From assembly GCF_030028105.1 (NCBI RefSeq), contig NC_092375.1, positions 44,057,130 to 44,121,129 of the forward strand: DNA of 64,000 nt, read 5' to 3'. Source of the DNA: Mobula birostris. Lineage: Eukaryota. The position numbers were made by a program, and so were the translations under genes. Position 1 is the first letter of the stretch. Every line of letters begins with the position of its first letter. The notes under the pieces were generated by a model, which saw only the letters and a program-made list of their open reading frames with translations, did no database searches and was not told the origin of the DNA. Below, in pieces: positions 25,515 to 36,390 of this stretch.

Positions 25515-28500
25515 TAGAAACATAGAAAACCTACAGCACAGTACAGGTCCTTCAGCTCACAGTGCTGTGCCGAACATGTACTTACTTTAGAAATTACCTA
25601 GGGTTACCCATAGCCCTCTATTTTTCTAAGCTCCATGTACCCATCCAGGAGTCTCTTAAAAGACCCTATTGTATCTGCATCCACCACAGTCGCCAAGTAC
25701 CCATTCCATGCACTCACCACAATCTGTGTAAAAAACTTACCACTGACATCCCTTCTGTACCTACTTACAAGCACCTTAAAATTGTGCCTTCTCTATTAGT
25801 ATTTTCAGCCCAGGGAAAAAGCCTCTGACTATCCACACGATCAATGCCTCTCATCATCTTATACACCTCTATCAGGACACCTCTCATCCTCTGTCGTTCC
25901 AAGGAGAAAGGGTAAGTTCACTCAACCAATTCTTGTAAGGCATGCTCCCCAGTCCAGGCAATATCCTTGTAAATCTCCTCTGCACCCTTTCTATAGTTTC
26001 CACATCCTTCCTGTAGTGAGGTGACCAGAATTGAGTGCAGTACTCCAAGTGGGATCTGAGCAGGGTCCTATATAGCTGTAGCATTACCTCTCGGATCTTG
26101 AACTTAATCCCACGGTAGATGAAGGCCTATACACCCTATGTCTTCGTAACCACAAAGATAACCTGTGCAACAGCTTTGAGTGTCCTATGGACTGGGAACC
26201 CAAGATCCCTCTAATCCACCACACAGCCAAGAGTTTTACTGTTATTACTATATTCTGCCATCAGATTTGACCTACCAAAATTAACCACCTCACAATTATC
26301 TGGGTTGAGTTCCATCTGCTACTTCTCAGCCCAGTTTTGCATCCTATCGATGTCCCATTGTAAACTCTTGACAGCTGTCCACACTGTCCACAGCACCCCC
26401 AACCTTTGTGTCATCTGCAAATTTACTAACCCATCCCTCCACTTCCTCATCCAGGTCATTTACAAAAATCACAAAGAGAAGGGTTCCCAGAACAGATCCC
26501 TGAGGCACACCACTGGTCACCAGCCTCCATGCAGAATATGATCCATCTACAACCACTCTTTGCCTTCTGCGGGCAAGCCAGTTCTGGATCCACAAAGCAA
26601 GGTCCCTTTGGATCCCATACCTCCTTCCTTTCTCCATAAGCCTTTAATGGGGTACCTTATCAAATGCCCTGCTGAAATCCATATACACTACATCTACTGT
26701 TCTACCTTCATCAATGTGTTTAGTCACATCCTCACAAAATTCAAAAAGACTTGTAAGGCATGACCTACCTTTGACAAAGCCATGCTGACTATTCCTAATC
26801 ATATTCTGCCCCTCCAAATGTTCATAAATCCTGCCTCTCAGGATCTTCTCCATCAACTTACCAACCACTGAAGTAAGACTCACTGGTCTATAACTTCCAG
26901 GGCTATCTCTACTCCCTTTCTTGAATAAGGGAACAAGATCTGCAACCTTCCAATCCTCCAGAACCTCTCCCATCCCCATGATGATGCAAAGATCATTGCA
27001 ATCTCCTCCCTCGCCTCCCACAGTAACCTAGGGTATATCTCATCCGGTCCCAGTGACTTAGCCAACCTGATGCTTTCCAAAAGCTCCAGCACATCCTCTT
27101 TCTTACTATCTATATGCTCAAGCTTTTCAGTTCAGTCTAAGTCATCCCTACAATTGCCAATGTCTTTTTCCATAGTGAATACTGAAGCAAAAATACCTCC
27201 GTTACCTCCTTCAGTTCTATACACACTTTTTCACTGTCACATTTGATTGGTCCTATTCTTTCACATCTTATCCTCTTGCTCTTTACATACTTGTAGGATG
27301 CCTTGGGGTTTTCCTTAATCCTGCCCGCCAAGGCCTTCTCATGGACCCTTCTGGCTCTCCTAATTTCATTCTTAAGCACCATCATGACAGCCTTATAATT
27401 GTCTAGATCTCTATCATTACCTAGTTTTTTGAACCTTCCGTAAGCTTTTCCTTTCTTCTTGACTAGATTTTCTACAGCCTTTGTACACTATGGGTCCTAT
27501 ACCCTACCATTTTTACCCTGTCTCATTGGAACGTACCTATGCAGAATGCCATGCAAATATCCACTGAACATTTGCCACATTTCTGCCGTACATTTCCCTA
27601 ATAACATCTGTTCCCAATTTATGTTTCCAAGTTCCTGCCTGAGAGCTTCATATTTCCCTTTACTCCAATTAAATGTTGTCCTAACTTGTCTGCTCCTATC
27701 CCTCTCCAATGTTATGGTAAAACAGAGAATTGTAATCACTATCTCCAAAATGCTCTCCCACTGAGAGACCTGACACCTGACCAGGTTCATTTCCCAATAA
27801 CAGATCAAGTACAGCCTCTCCTCTTGTAGGCTTATCTACATATTGTATCAGGAAACCTTCCTGAAGACACCTAACGAACTCCACCCCATCTAAACCCCTT
27901 GCTCTAGGGAGAAGTCAATCAATATTTGGGAAATTGAAATTTCCCACCACAACAACCTTGTTATTATTACACCTTTCCAGAATCTGCTTCCCTATCTGCT
28001 CCTCGATGTCCCTGTTACTATTGGGTGGTCTATAAGAAAACACCCAGTAGAGTTATTGACTCTTTCCTGTTTCTAACTTCCACCCACAGTGGATCAGTAG
28101 ACAGTCCCTTCATGACTTCCTCCTTTTCTGCGGCTGTAACACTATCTCTGATCAACAGTGCAACGCTCCCACCTCTTTTGCCTCCCCCCCCCCGTTCTTT
28201 TGAAACATCTAAAGTCTGGCCCCCTAAGTAGCCATTCCTGCCCCTGAGTCATCCAAGTCTCTGTAATGGCCTCAACATTATAGCTCCAAATACTGATCCA
28301 CGCTGTAAGTTCATCTGCTCTGTTCATGATACTCCTTGCATTAAAATACACATCTCAAACCATCAGTCTGAGTGCATCCCTTCTCTATCACCTGCCTATC
28401 CTCCCTCTCACACTGCCTACAAGCTTTCTCTATTTGTGAACCAACCACCCCTTCCTCGGTCTTTTCAGTTCGGTTCCCACCCTCCAGCAAATCTATTTTA

Positions 28501-29290
28501 AACTCTCCCCAATAGCCTTAGCAAACCTCCCTGCTTGGATATTAGTCCCCCTCGGATTCAAGTGTAACCCATCCTTATTGTGCAGGTCATGCCTGTCCCA
28601 AAAGAGGTCCCAAAGCTACAGAAATCCGAATCCCTGCCCCTTGCTCCAATCCCTCAGCACCTGAGAGGCAAATTACCATCCGTGTTTCTCGCCTGCATCC
28701 ACAGAATCGTTTGTCTGAACCCCTAACTATACAGTCCCCTGTCGCTGCTGCCATTCTCTTCCTTTCTCTGCCCTTCTGAGCCACAGGGCCAGACTCTGTG
28801 CCAGAGGTGCGGCCACTATTGCTTCCCCCAGGTAGGTCCCCCCCCCCAACTGTACTCAGACAGAGGTATTTATTGTCAAGGGGGTGCAGCCACAGGGGTA
28901 CTCTATAGTACCTGACTCTTACCCTTCCCTCTCCCAACTGTTACCCACTTATCTGTCTCCCGAGTCCCCCGTGTGACTACTTGCCTGTAGCTCCTCTCTA
29001 TCACCTCCTCACTCAGACGAAAGTCATCGAACTGCATCTCCAGTTCCCTAACCCGGTCCCTAAGGAGCTGCAGCTCAACACACCTCGGGCAGATGTGGCC
29101 ATCCGGGAGGCTGGGAGTCTCCCGGGCATCTCACATTCGACACCGAGAACAGAACACCGGCCTCGCAGACATACTTCCCGTTTCTGTACTACACAAGTAA
29201 CTTACCTCGCCTCGACCCGTTATCCCCGAAGCCCGGTTGAGCCAAAGCTCTCCTACTCTGGCACCCGTTCTATTAAGCTATTAGATTTGA
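25515..29290 (-). mobile_element. CR1/HER1-type LINE extending into ORF1/5' end; repeat unit 3
   Basis: Diverged paralogue of the unit 1/2 copies; 28587-28937 encodes ORF1 esterase-like GDCIVRGSDKRFCG...MVICLSG. Confidence 0.9.
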
Positions 29291-29299
29291 AACTATTTC

Positions 29300-30140
29300 A
29301 TAAACTTACCAGCCAGAAATATTCTGCAGATGCTGGAAATATTGATCAACAGCACAGAAATTAAGGGAGGAATTTGGCAAATTCAAGTTTGCCAGAGCTG
29401 TTGGGGAGGATTTAAACTCATTTGGCAGGGGTAATGAGAACCGGAGGGATCGGGATGAAAATGGGGCAGTTGGTATACAAGTCGATGCAGTGTGTAATAA
29501 GAATGCGAGGAAGGACAGGCAAATGATAGGGCAAAATTACAGTCAGTGGGTGAGTTGCCCTATAACATGGAAGCAAAATCAGAAAATGTGACCAATAGAG
29601 GGCACAGCCGAAGGATGTTGGCCCAAAATGTCCACTGTACTTTTTTCCATAGATACTGCCTGGCCAGCTGAGTTCCTCCAGCTTTTTGTATCTGTTGCTC
29701 GGGTTTCCGGCATCTGCAGATGAGGGTTAACTTATGAGGAGCGTTTGATGGCTCTGGCCCTGTACTTGCCGGAGTTTAGAAGAGGGGCGGGGGTGCGGTG
29801 GGGATCTCATTGAAACGTAATGAATATCGAAAGATTTAGACAGAGTGGATGTGGAATGGAGGTTTCCTAAGGTGGGTGTGTGTAGGACCAAAGGCCACAG
29901 CCTCAAAAGAGAGGGACGTCCATTTAGAACGGAGATGAGGAGGAATTTCTTTAGCCAGCGGGTGGTGAATCTGTGAAGGCCAAGTCAAGATTATATTTAA
30001 AGAAGTTCTTGATTAGTCAGGGCGTCAAAAGTAACGGGGAAAAGACAGGATGAATGAGGTTGAGAGGGATAATAAATCAGCCACGATGTAATGGCGGAAC
30101 AGACTCGATGGCGTTAATTCTGCCTCTATGTTTTTATGGT
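29300..30140 (+). mobile_element. Composite: Penelope-like short repeat with embedded CR1 ORF1 piece, then CR1 3' end
   Basis: attctgcagatgctggaaat ... catctgcaga inverted termini; agagctgttggggaggatttaaac CR1 ORF1-end motif; CR1 3' RT/UTR from ~29720. Confidence 0.65.
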
Positions 30141-30228
30141 CCTAAGTCAGGCAGGATCTATGGAAAGGAATGAACAGTCAACTCTTCGCGCCGAGACGCT
30201 GCATCGGGACTGCAAAGGATGGAGGCAT

Positions 30229-30323
30229 TTATGTGTTGATCATAGACTCTTGGTTATAAGCAAGTATCACGAGGGTCGGGAACCCGGGAACGATAGAAAT
30301 TAGGACACTGGCAGCGGTGATAT
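30229..30323 (-). CDS. Candidate proximal hydrophobic/terminal exon of the VJ-type receptor (DITAASVLISIVPGFPTLVILAYNQESMINT*)
   Basis: Strong acceptor cctcctttctttccag|ATATC 125 nt after the V-exon donor; phase 1 compatible; hydrophobic but with two Pro and no charged residue; TAA at 30231-30229, next to a Penelope-like insertion. Confidence 0.5.
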
Positions 30324-30448
30324 CTGGAAAGAAAGGAGGTCATGCCTAGTTTACAATGTGCCCTCTCGTGCTTGAAGGTAATAAAATACTAGTCTGATAT
30401 GTGATTTACAAAAATTATATGGGGCTTTTAGTCGCCATTCTACCCTAC

Positions 30449-30799
30449 CTGCAACCGCAACAGTCAGCTGAGTTCCGAAGCCCTGAATATTCTTGGAGAA
30501 CGAAGTGATAGCGTTGCAATAATATGTCCCGCTGTCTGCAAACTCAAGGTTATTAATCGTCAAGGTGCTATTGAAACTTGAAGAATTAGTTCCAAACACA
30601 CTGATGCGACCATCTCCACTCTTGGTGCTGATGTTTCTCGCGTACAAATCACCAGAGATCTCTTTAGTAAAATGCCAATAAAAGCTGCCGTTTACCAACT
30701 CTCCCTTGTCTTGTAAAGTACAGCTGAAGGAGGCAGAATCCCCTACCAGCAGCCGGAGCGATCGGGGAGTTTGCTGCAAATCCAGTCCGGTGGCAGCAC
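30449..30799 (-). CDS. Germline-joined VJ-type IgV exon, NKp30/NCR3-like
   Basis: LDLQQTP...SFSC...GSFYW...STLTINNLEFADSGTYYC...QGFGTQLTV: B-strand Cys, C-strand Trp, DxGxYYC and a J-like GxGTxLxV in one exon; acceptor gatag|GT, donor G|gtaggg, phase 1-1, 351 nt. Confidence 0.9.
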
Positions 30800-30904
30800 C
30801 TATCACAATACAGCTCGTTAAAGTTGCAAGTAGCAAACAGCAAACATAATAATTACACATTAAGTGTGAACAATTGTGTGTCGCTTTGAATCTATTATAC
30901 TTAC

Positions 30905-30935
30905 AGATTGCTACCAGGACCAGAATGGTGATCAT
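30905..30935 (-). CDS. Leader (signal peptide) exon of the VJ-type receptor
   Basis: ATG ATC ACC ATT CTG GTC CTG GTA GCA ATC T|gtaagt (consensus donor, phase 1); splicing to 30799 gives MITILVLVAICAATG-LDLQQ. Confidence 0.8.
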
Positions 30936-31094
30936 AATTTTTCTTCGAAAGGCTGAAGCTCAAGAATAACTGTTCCAAACAATTCGCTTCTATTGTCAGT
31001 TCTCGTTTCATCATTTCCTTTTTAAAGCAATGTGACTGGTCATCATCTTCTCTGACTTGGATAATTTGAATTATGTAGTAAAATCGATTTTTCT

Positions 31095-31365
31095 CAATAC
31101 ATGAGGACATGGCTTTAAGGTAAGTGGTGGGAAGTTCAAGGGGGATATTAGAGGAAGGTTTTTCACTCAGAGTGTGATTGGTGTGTGGAATGCACGGCCT
31201 GAGTCAGTGGTGGAGGCAGATACACTAGTGAAGTTTAAGAGACTACTAGACAGGTATACGGAGGAATTTAAGGTGGGGGCTTATATGGGAGGCAGGGTTT
31301 AAGGGTCGGCACAACATTGTGGGCCGAAGGGCCTGTACCGTACTGTACTGTTCTATGTTCTATGT
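31095..31365 (+). mobile_element. CR1 3' end (young subfamily)
   Basis: RGRFFTQ.V.G.WN..PESVVEA region with (ttctatg)n tail; same family as 36144-36390. Confidence 0.85.
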
Positions 31366-34185
31366 TTTATCTCTAGTTCATCGTCACAGCAACCGGTTTC
31401 CGGGACAGACCACGCTCTTAGGTGCCATGCACAAGTCACTGACGGGGAGCGCAACAATCCAGCCCGTGACAGAGTCTGCACATCCTACAGGGCATTATGG
31501 AGCAACAAATGAATTGCAGGACAACCTTGGGGAGTCCAGCTTCACCTGTGGGGTGGAAGCTGTTGGTGCTTCTGGTGGAACCCCTGTATCAGTATACAGA
31601 GCCAAGGTAGTCGGTATAAAGAAGAACAAGGGAGTGGCGAGCCAGGCAGATGAGAGTGGTGGACGGGGGAAGGATAAAGGATAAAAGATTAAGCCAAGTA
31701 TAGAGAAAATAGGATGGAGTTAGCAGACAAAGCCAGGTGAGGGATGACAAAAAAGGAAGATGCTGAAAGGAGGGAGAGATGGAGTGAAAAAGGACGCAGC
31801 TTCTGAAGAGAAATAACCAGGAACTCTATATCTGGTCACAACATACTGATGCAGCTATAAAGAAAGCAAGACGGCGGCTATGTTTCTTCAGGAGTTTGCA
31901 ATTTGGTTTATTACCTTTGGTCACCTAAAGCACTCGAAAACTTCTACAGATGTATCTCGGAGAGCATTCAGACTGAATACATCACCGTCCGGTATGGGGG
32001 TGGGGGGCGGCTACTGCACAGGATCGAAGTAAGCTGCAGAGGGTTGTAAAATTAGACAGCTTCATCATGGGCACTAGCCTCCATAGTCTCCAATACATCT
32101 TCGAGGAGCGGTGCCTCACAATGGTGGCATCCATCATTAGGGACCCCGTCACCCAGGACATACCCTCTTCTCATTGTTATTATCGGGAAGGAGGTACGGA
32201 AGCAGGGGCGGCACTGAGGTGGTGCTAGCTGGGGCTATAGCCCCAGCAGAAATTGCAATAGCACCAGCGTAGCACCACCAAGAAATTAACTGAAATTTCA
32301 CATACAAATTGCAGCTGCATTTATTTCTCTGTATAGTTTTGAATACAGCTTGTTTCTCCAGTTGATCAAGTGAAACGGCGCCCCCAATTACCATAGCACC
32401 CACGCAGCAATAAAATTATAAACTCTATCAGATCCACTCTACACTTCTGCTTATTTGTTCGTTGTCAATGTCTCGCCGTTGCTGCGCTCAGATCAGTTAG
32501 GCTGATCTAAGATTACTTAAGGTGGTGATGTCACTCACTCTCACTCACGCGTTGATAGTATACATCCAGTCGCAGATCCGTGGTCTCGCGAACTAACGGA
32601 TCCCCCCCCCCACCCCCGCCCCCCCCCCACACACACAGTGCTTTTGCAAGCGAGCGTCAACCTCGCACGTGCATTATTTTGGCCGGCGTGAAAAATGGAT
32701 CAACTTTTAGTGAGAAAACGACCTCCTCCAGAGGAATCAGTGGTGTCTCAGCCTGAGCATATCTTAATTGAAAGTGACATGCAGAAAGTAGGGATGAAGA
32801 CGACAGCAGTTCGTCGAAGGAGTGTGAGGGCGAAGCAGAGGAACAAGAAATGGAGCGGGATTCACAAGAGAACGTGGATGAAGCTGCTCTTACTGCTGGT
32901 GGGAATACTGTTAGCGATGTTAGCCAGCAGCCTGAGGAAGGACCCCGTCGGCCAGCATTGAAAATAGTCATAGTCATACTTTATTGATCCCGAGGGAAGC
33001 ACCGTTCGCTGCTCGCAACAGTTTGGCAATCAGCAAGGGAGTTTTATTCGTGGCTGGTTTGACTGACCGGAATATTCGAGCACGAAAGGTACTACGTTTT
33101 GCTTCGCATGCAGGCATTACCTGTCTGGAGGACATGGGTTCTATTCTGAGTCTACCTTCACTGTCACCGGTTACCGCAACAGGCGGAAAGCTAGAACAGC
33201 TTTCAAAACCCACCATGTAAATGCAGCTCATAAGTTTGCTATGGAGGCACGGGCCGAATTCAGATTGAGAAAACAAGCGGTTCAAGATTGGGACATAAGC
33301 TTGACAAAGGACATGCAAAGATTGTCCAAGAAAATCGTGAGTATATGAGAGCTGTGGTTGAGTCTCTAGCAAGGACAGACATTGATTGACACAGTGGAAT
33401 TTCTAGCTCCAATGAGTCCCTACCGCGATGCATTTATAGATTTATACAAATTGATCTGCATGTCACTGACTCTACCTGTGACATCTGCCTCGTGCAAACG
33501 GAGTTTCTCTTGCCTCAGACCGCTCAAAAACTACCTAAGGAATAACAGTGAAGATACTCAGAACAGCAACTTGGCCCTGTTGGCCATAAACAGGCAAAGG
33601 ACCAAAGCACTTGACATCCAGAAAATCATTGATGCTTTCAGCACCAATCACAACAGACAGATTGTGCTTCTCTGAAAACATCAATGGTGAGTGCAGTTGA
33701 TTTTTTTTTAAAAATTCGGCCAAGACTAATGCTGATTATTATTATTATTTTGTGGTGGATATCCCATAGTCTTTATGTTTCCTGAAAATCCTAAACTATT
33801 ACATTTACTGCTATTAAGCCTACTGGTTTTGCTTAGACTTCCAAGCAGTGATTCTGTTGATTTTTGTTTTAAATTCATTAGCCGAATTTGGCAGTTTTGG
33901 CAGTTGGTCTGTGCAATCAAGTCAATCAAGATTTGAATAGTTCAGCAGAAAGCCGTTCATTAGACAATCAAGATTTGAATAGCTCAGACTCAGCAGAAAG
34001 CAGCTGATTGGGCAATCGAAGTCAGGTGACCAAGCATTTTGAAAAGCTCAGATAAATAGAGGGGTAGATCAAGCGGAGCGGCCAGTGAGTGAGTGGGCCA
34101 GTGAAGGAGTGGAGCTTTGAGGCTTTGACACGAGAGGCTTCCACGAGAAGAGGCGGAGGACAAGCTTGTTCCCGGTTATTCTTTA

Positions 34186-35022
34186 ATGTCTCCTGAGACG
34201 GTAATGTGCTTCTCATGTGGGATGTGGCAGTCTTGGGGGAACTCCCCTCTCCCGCAGAGTCACATCTGCCAGAAGTGCATATGGCTGGGCCATCTGGAAG
34301 ACCATGTAAGGAACCTGGAGCAGCACCTGGATGACCTTCGACTCATAAGGGAGAATGAGGCAGTCATAGATGAGAGCTACAGGGAGGTAGTCACACCTAG
34401 GCTGAGGGAAGCAGGTCGTTGGGTGACAGTCAGAGGGGGGAAAGCGAAGGTGAGCAGACAGGTAGTGCAGAGCACCACTGTAGCCATTCCCCTGAATAAT
34501 AAGTTTACCATTCTGGATACTGTTGGTGGGGTTGACCAACCAGGTGTGAGCCACGGTGGCAGGGCCTCCGGCACAGAGTCTGAGCTGGTGGAGCAGAAGC
34601 GTGGGATGGAGAAGAGGACAGCTGTTGTCATTGGAGATTCTATAGTCAGGGGAGCAGACAGGAGATTTTGTGGACGTGAGAAGGACACCTGCATGGTTTG
34701 TTGCATCCCAGGTGCCAGGGTCCGGGATGTCTCTGACTGGGTGCACGACATCCTGGTACGAGAGGGAAAGCAACCAGAAGTCGTGATACATGTTGGGACC
34801 GACGACATAGGCAGGAAGAGGGATGAGGTCCTGAAGTGTGAGTTTCGGGAAATAGGCAGAAGGCTGAAGAACAGGACCTCAAGGGTGGCGTTCTCAGGAT
34901 TGCTGCTAGGGCTACGTGACAATGATGGTAAGAATTGGAGGAGATGGCAGTTGAATGCGTGGCTGAGGAGTTGGTGCAGGGAGCAGGATTTTAGATTTTT
35001 GGATCATTGGGATCATTTTTGA
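34186..35022 (+). mobile_element. CR1 ORF1 (Zn-finger/coiled-coil plus SGNH esterase-like domain), preceded by the CR1 5' UTR from ~34000
   Basis: CFSCGMW...CQKC; VIGDSIVRG, PGARV, VIHVGTDD motifs; truncated at DHWDHF. Confidence 0.88.
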
Positions 35023-35024
35023 CT

Positions 35025-36143
35025 TCTGCAGTGCGTTCAACACCATCCGCCCTGCTCTGCTGGGGGAGAAGCTGACAGCGATGCAGGTGGATACTTCCCT
35101 AGTATCATGGATTCTTGATTACCTGACTGGCAGACCACAGTACATGTGCTTGCAACGCTGTGTGTCGGACAGAGTGATCAGCAGCACTGGGGCTCCACAG
35201 GGGACTGTCTTGTCTCCCTTTCTCTTCACCATTCACACCTCAGACTTCAACTACTGCACGGAGTCTTGTCGTCTTCAGAAGTTTTCGGATGACTCTGCCA
35301 TAGTTCGATGCATCAGCAAGGGAGATGAGGCTGAGAACAGGGCTATGGTAGGAAACTTTGTCACATGGTGTGAGCAGAATTATCTGCAGCTTAATGTGAA
35401 AAAGACTGAGGAGCTGGTGGTAGACCTGAGGAGAGCTAAGGTAGCAGTGACCCCTGTTTCCATCCAGGGGGTCAGTGTGGACATGGTGGAGGTTTACAAA
35501 TACCTGGGGATACGAATTGACAATAAGCTGGACTGGTCAAAGAACACTGAGGCTGTCTACAAGAAGGGCCAGAGCCGTCTCTATTTCCTGAGGAGACTGA
35601 GGTCCTTTAACATCTGCTGTACGATGCTGAGGATGTTCTACGAGTCTGTGGTGGCCAGTGCTATCATGTTTGCTGTTGTGTGCTTGGGCAGCAGGCTGAG
35701 GGTGGCAGACACCAAGAGAACCAACAAACTCATTCGTAAGGCCAGTGATGTTGTGGGGATGGAACTGGACTCTCTCATGGTGGTGGCTGAAAAGAGGATG
35801 CTGTCTAAGTTGCATGCCATCTTGGTCAATGTCTCCCATCCACTACATAATGTACTGGTTGGGCACAGGAGTACATTCAGCCAGAGACTCATTCCACCGA
35901 GATGCAGCACTGAGCGTCATAGGAAGTCATTACTGCCTGTGGCCATCAAACTTTACAACTCCTCCCTTGGGGGGTCAGACATCCTGAGCCAATAGGCTGG
36001 TCCTGGACTTATTTCATAATTTACTAGCATAATTTACTTATTACTATTTAACTATATATGGTTCTATTACTATTTATTATTTATGGAGCAACTGTAACGA
36101 AAACCAATTTCCCCCGGGATTAATAAAGTATGACTATGACTAT
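35025..36143 (+). mobile_element. Rex1/Babar-type LINE, 5'-truncated
   Basis: Starts at FDF.SAFNTI; ORF 35081-35995 with GAPQGTVLSPFLF and KFSDD; tail aataaagtatgactatgactat. Confidence 0.92.
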
Positions 36144-36390
36144 TTAAGGTAAGGGGTGGGAAGTTCTAGGGGGATATTAAAGGAAGGTTTTTTACTCAGA
36201 GTGTGGTTGGTGCGTGGAATGCACTGCCTGAGTCAGTGGTGGAGGCAAATACACTACTGAAGTTTAAGAGACTACTAGACAGGTATATGGAGGAATTTAA
36301 GGTGAGGCTTATATGGGAGGCAGGGTTTGAGGGTCGGCACAACATTGTGGGCCGAAGGGCCTGTACTGTGCTGTACTATTCTATGTTCTA
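36144..36390 (+). mobile_element. CR1 3' end
   Basis: WNALPESVVEA...LLDRYMEE; tail ctattctatgttctatg. Confidence 0.85.

Larger units (their letters stand above)
13772..28660. repeat. Tandem triplication of a ~4979-bp unit (CR1+ 3' end / ~1.2-kb unique segment / CR1- fragment)
   Basis: Equivalent ORFs recur with period 4979-4980 (14838/19818/24797; 15603/20583/25562; 18634/23613); identical CR1-/CR1+ junctions at ~18741 and ~23720. Confidence 0.95.

Noticed and set aside
16345-28231. Numerous plus-strand ORFs such as 21325-21891, 17111-17446 and 17499-17777
   Set aside because: They are antisense frames of minus-strand CR1 ORF2 and repeat with the triplication; no independent coding signal.
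30449-30560. Rearranging TCR/Ig V segment
   Set aside because: V and J motifs are contiguous in one exon ending at a splice donor; no RSS seen and no C1 exon found downstream.
33382-33675. Possible host ZMYM1/THAP12-like gene
   Set aside because: It lies between hAT TIRs with an exact 8-bp TSD, and the transposase core is deleted; it is a transposon remnant.
34213-34922. Minus-strand ORFs of 192 and 181 aa
   Set aside because: Antisense to CR1 ORF1.
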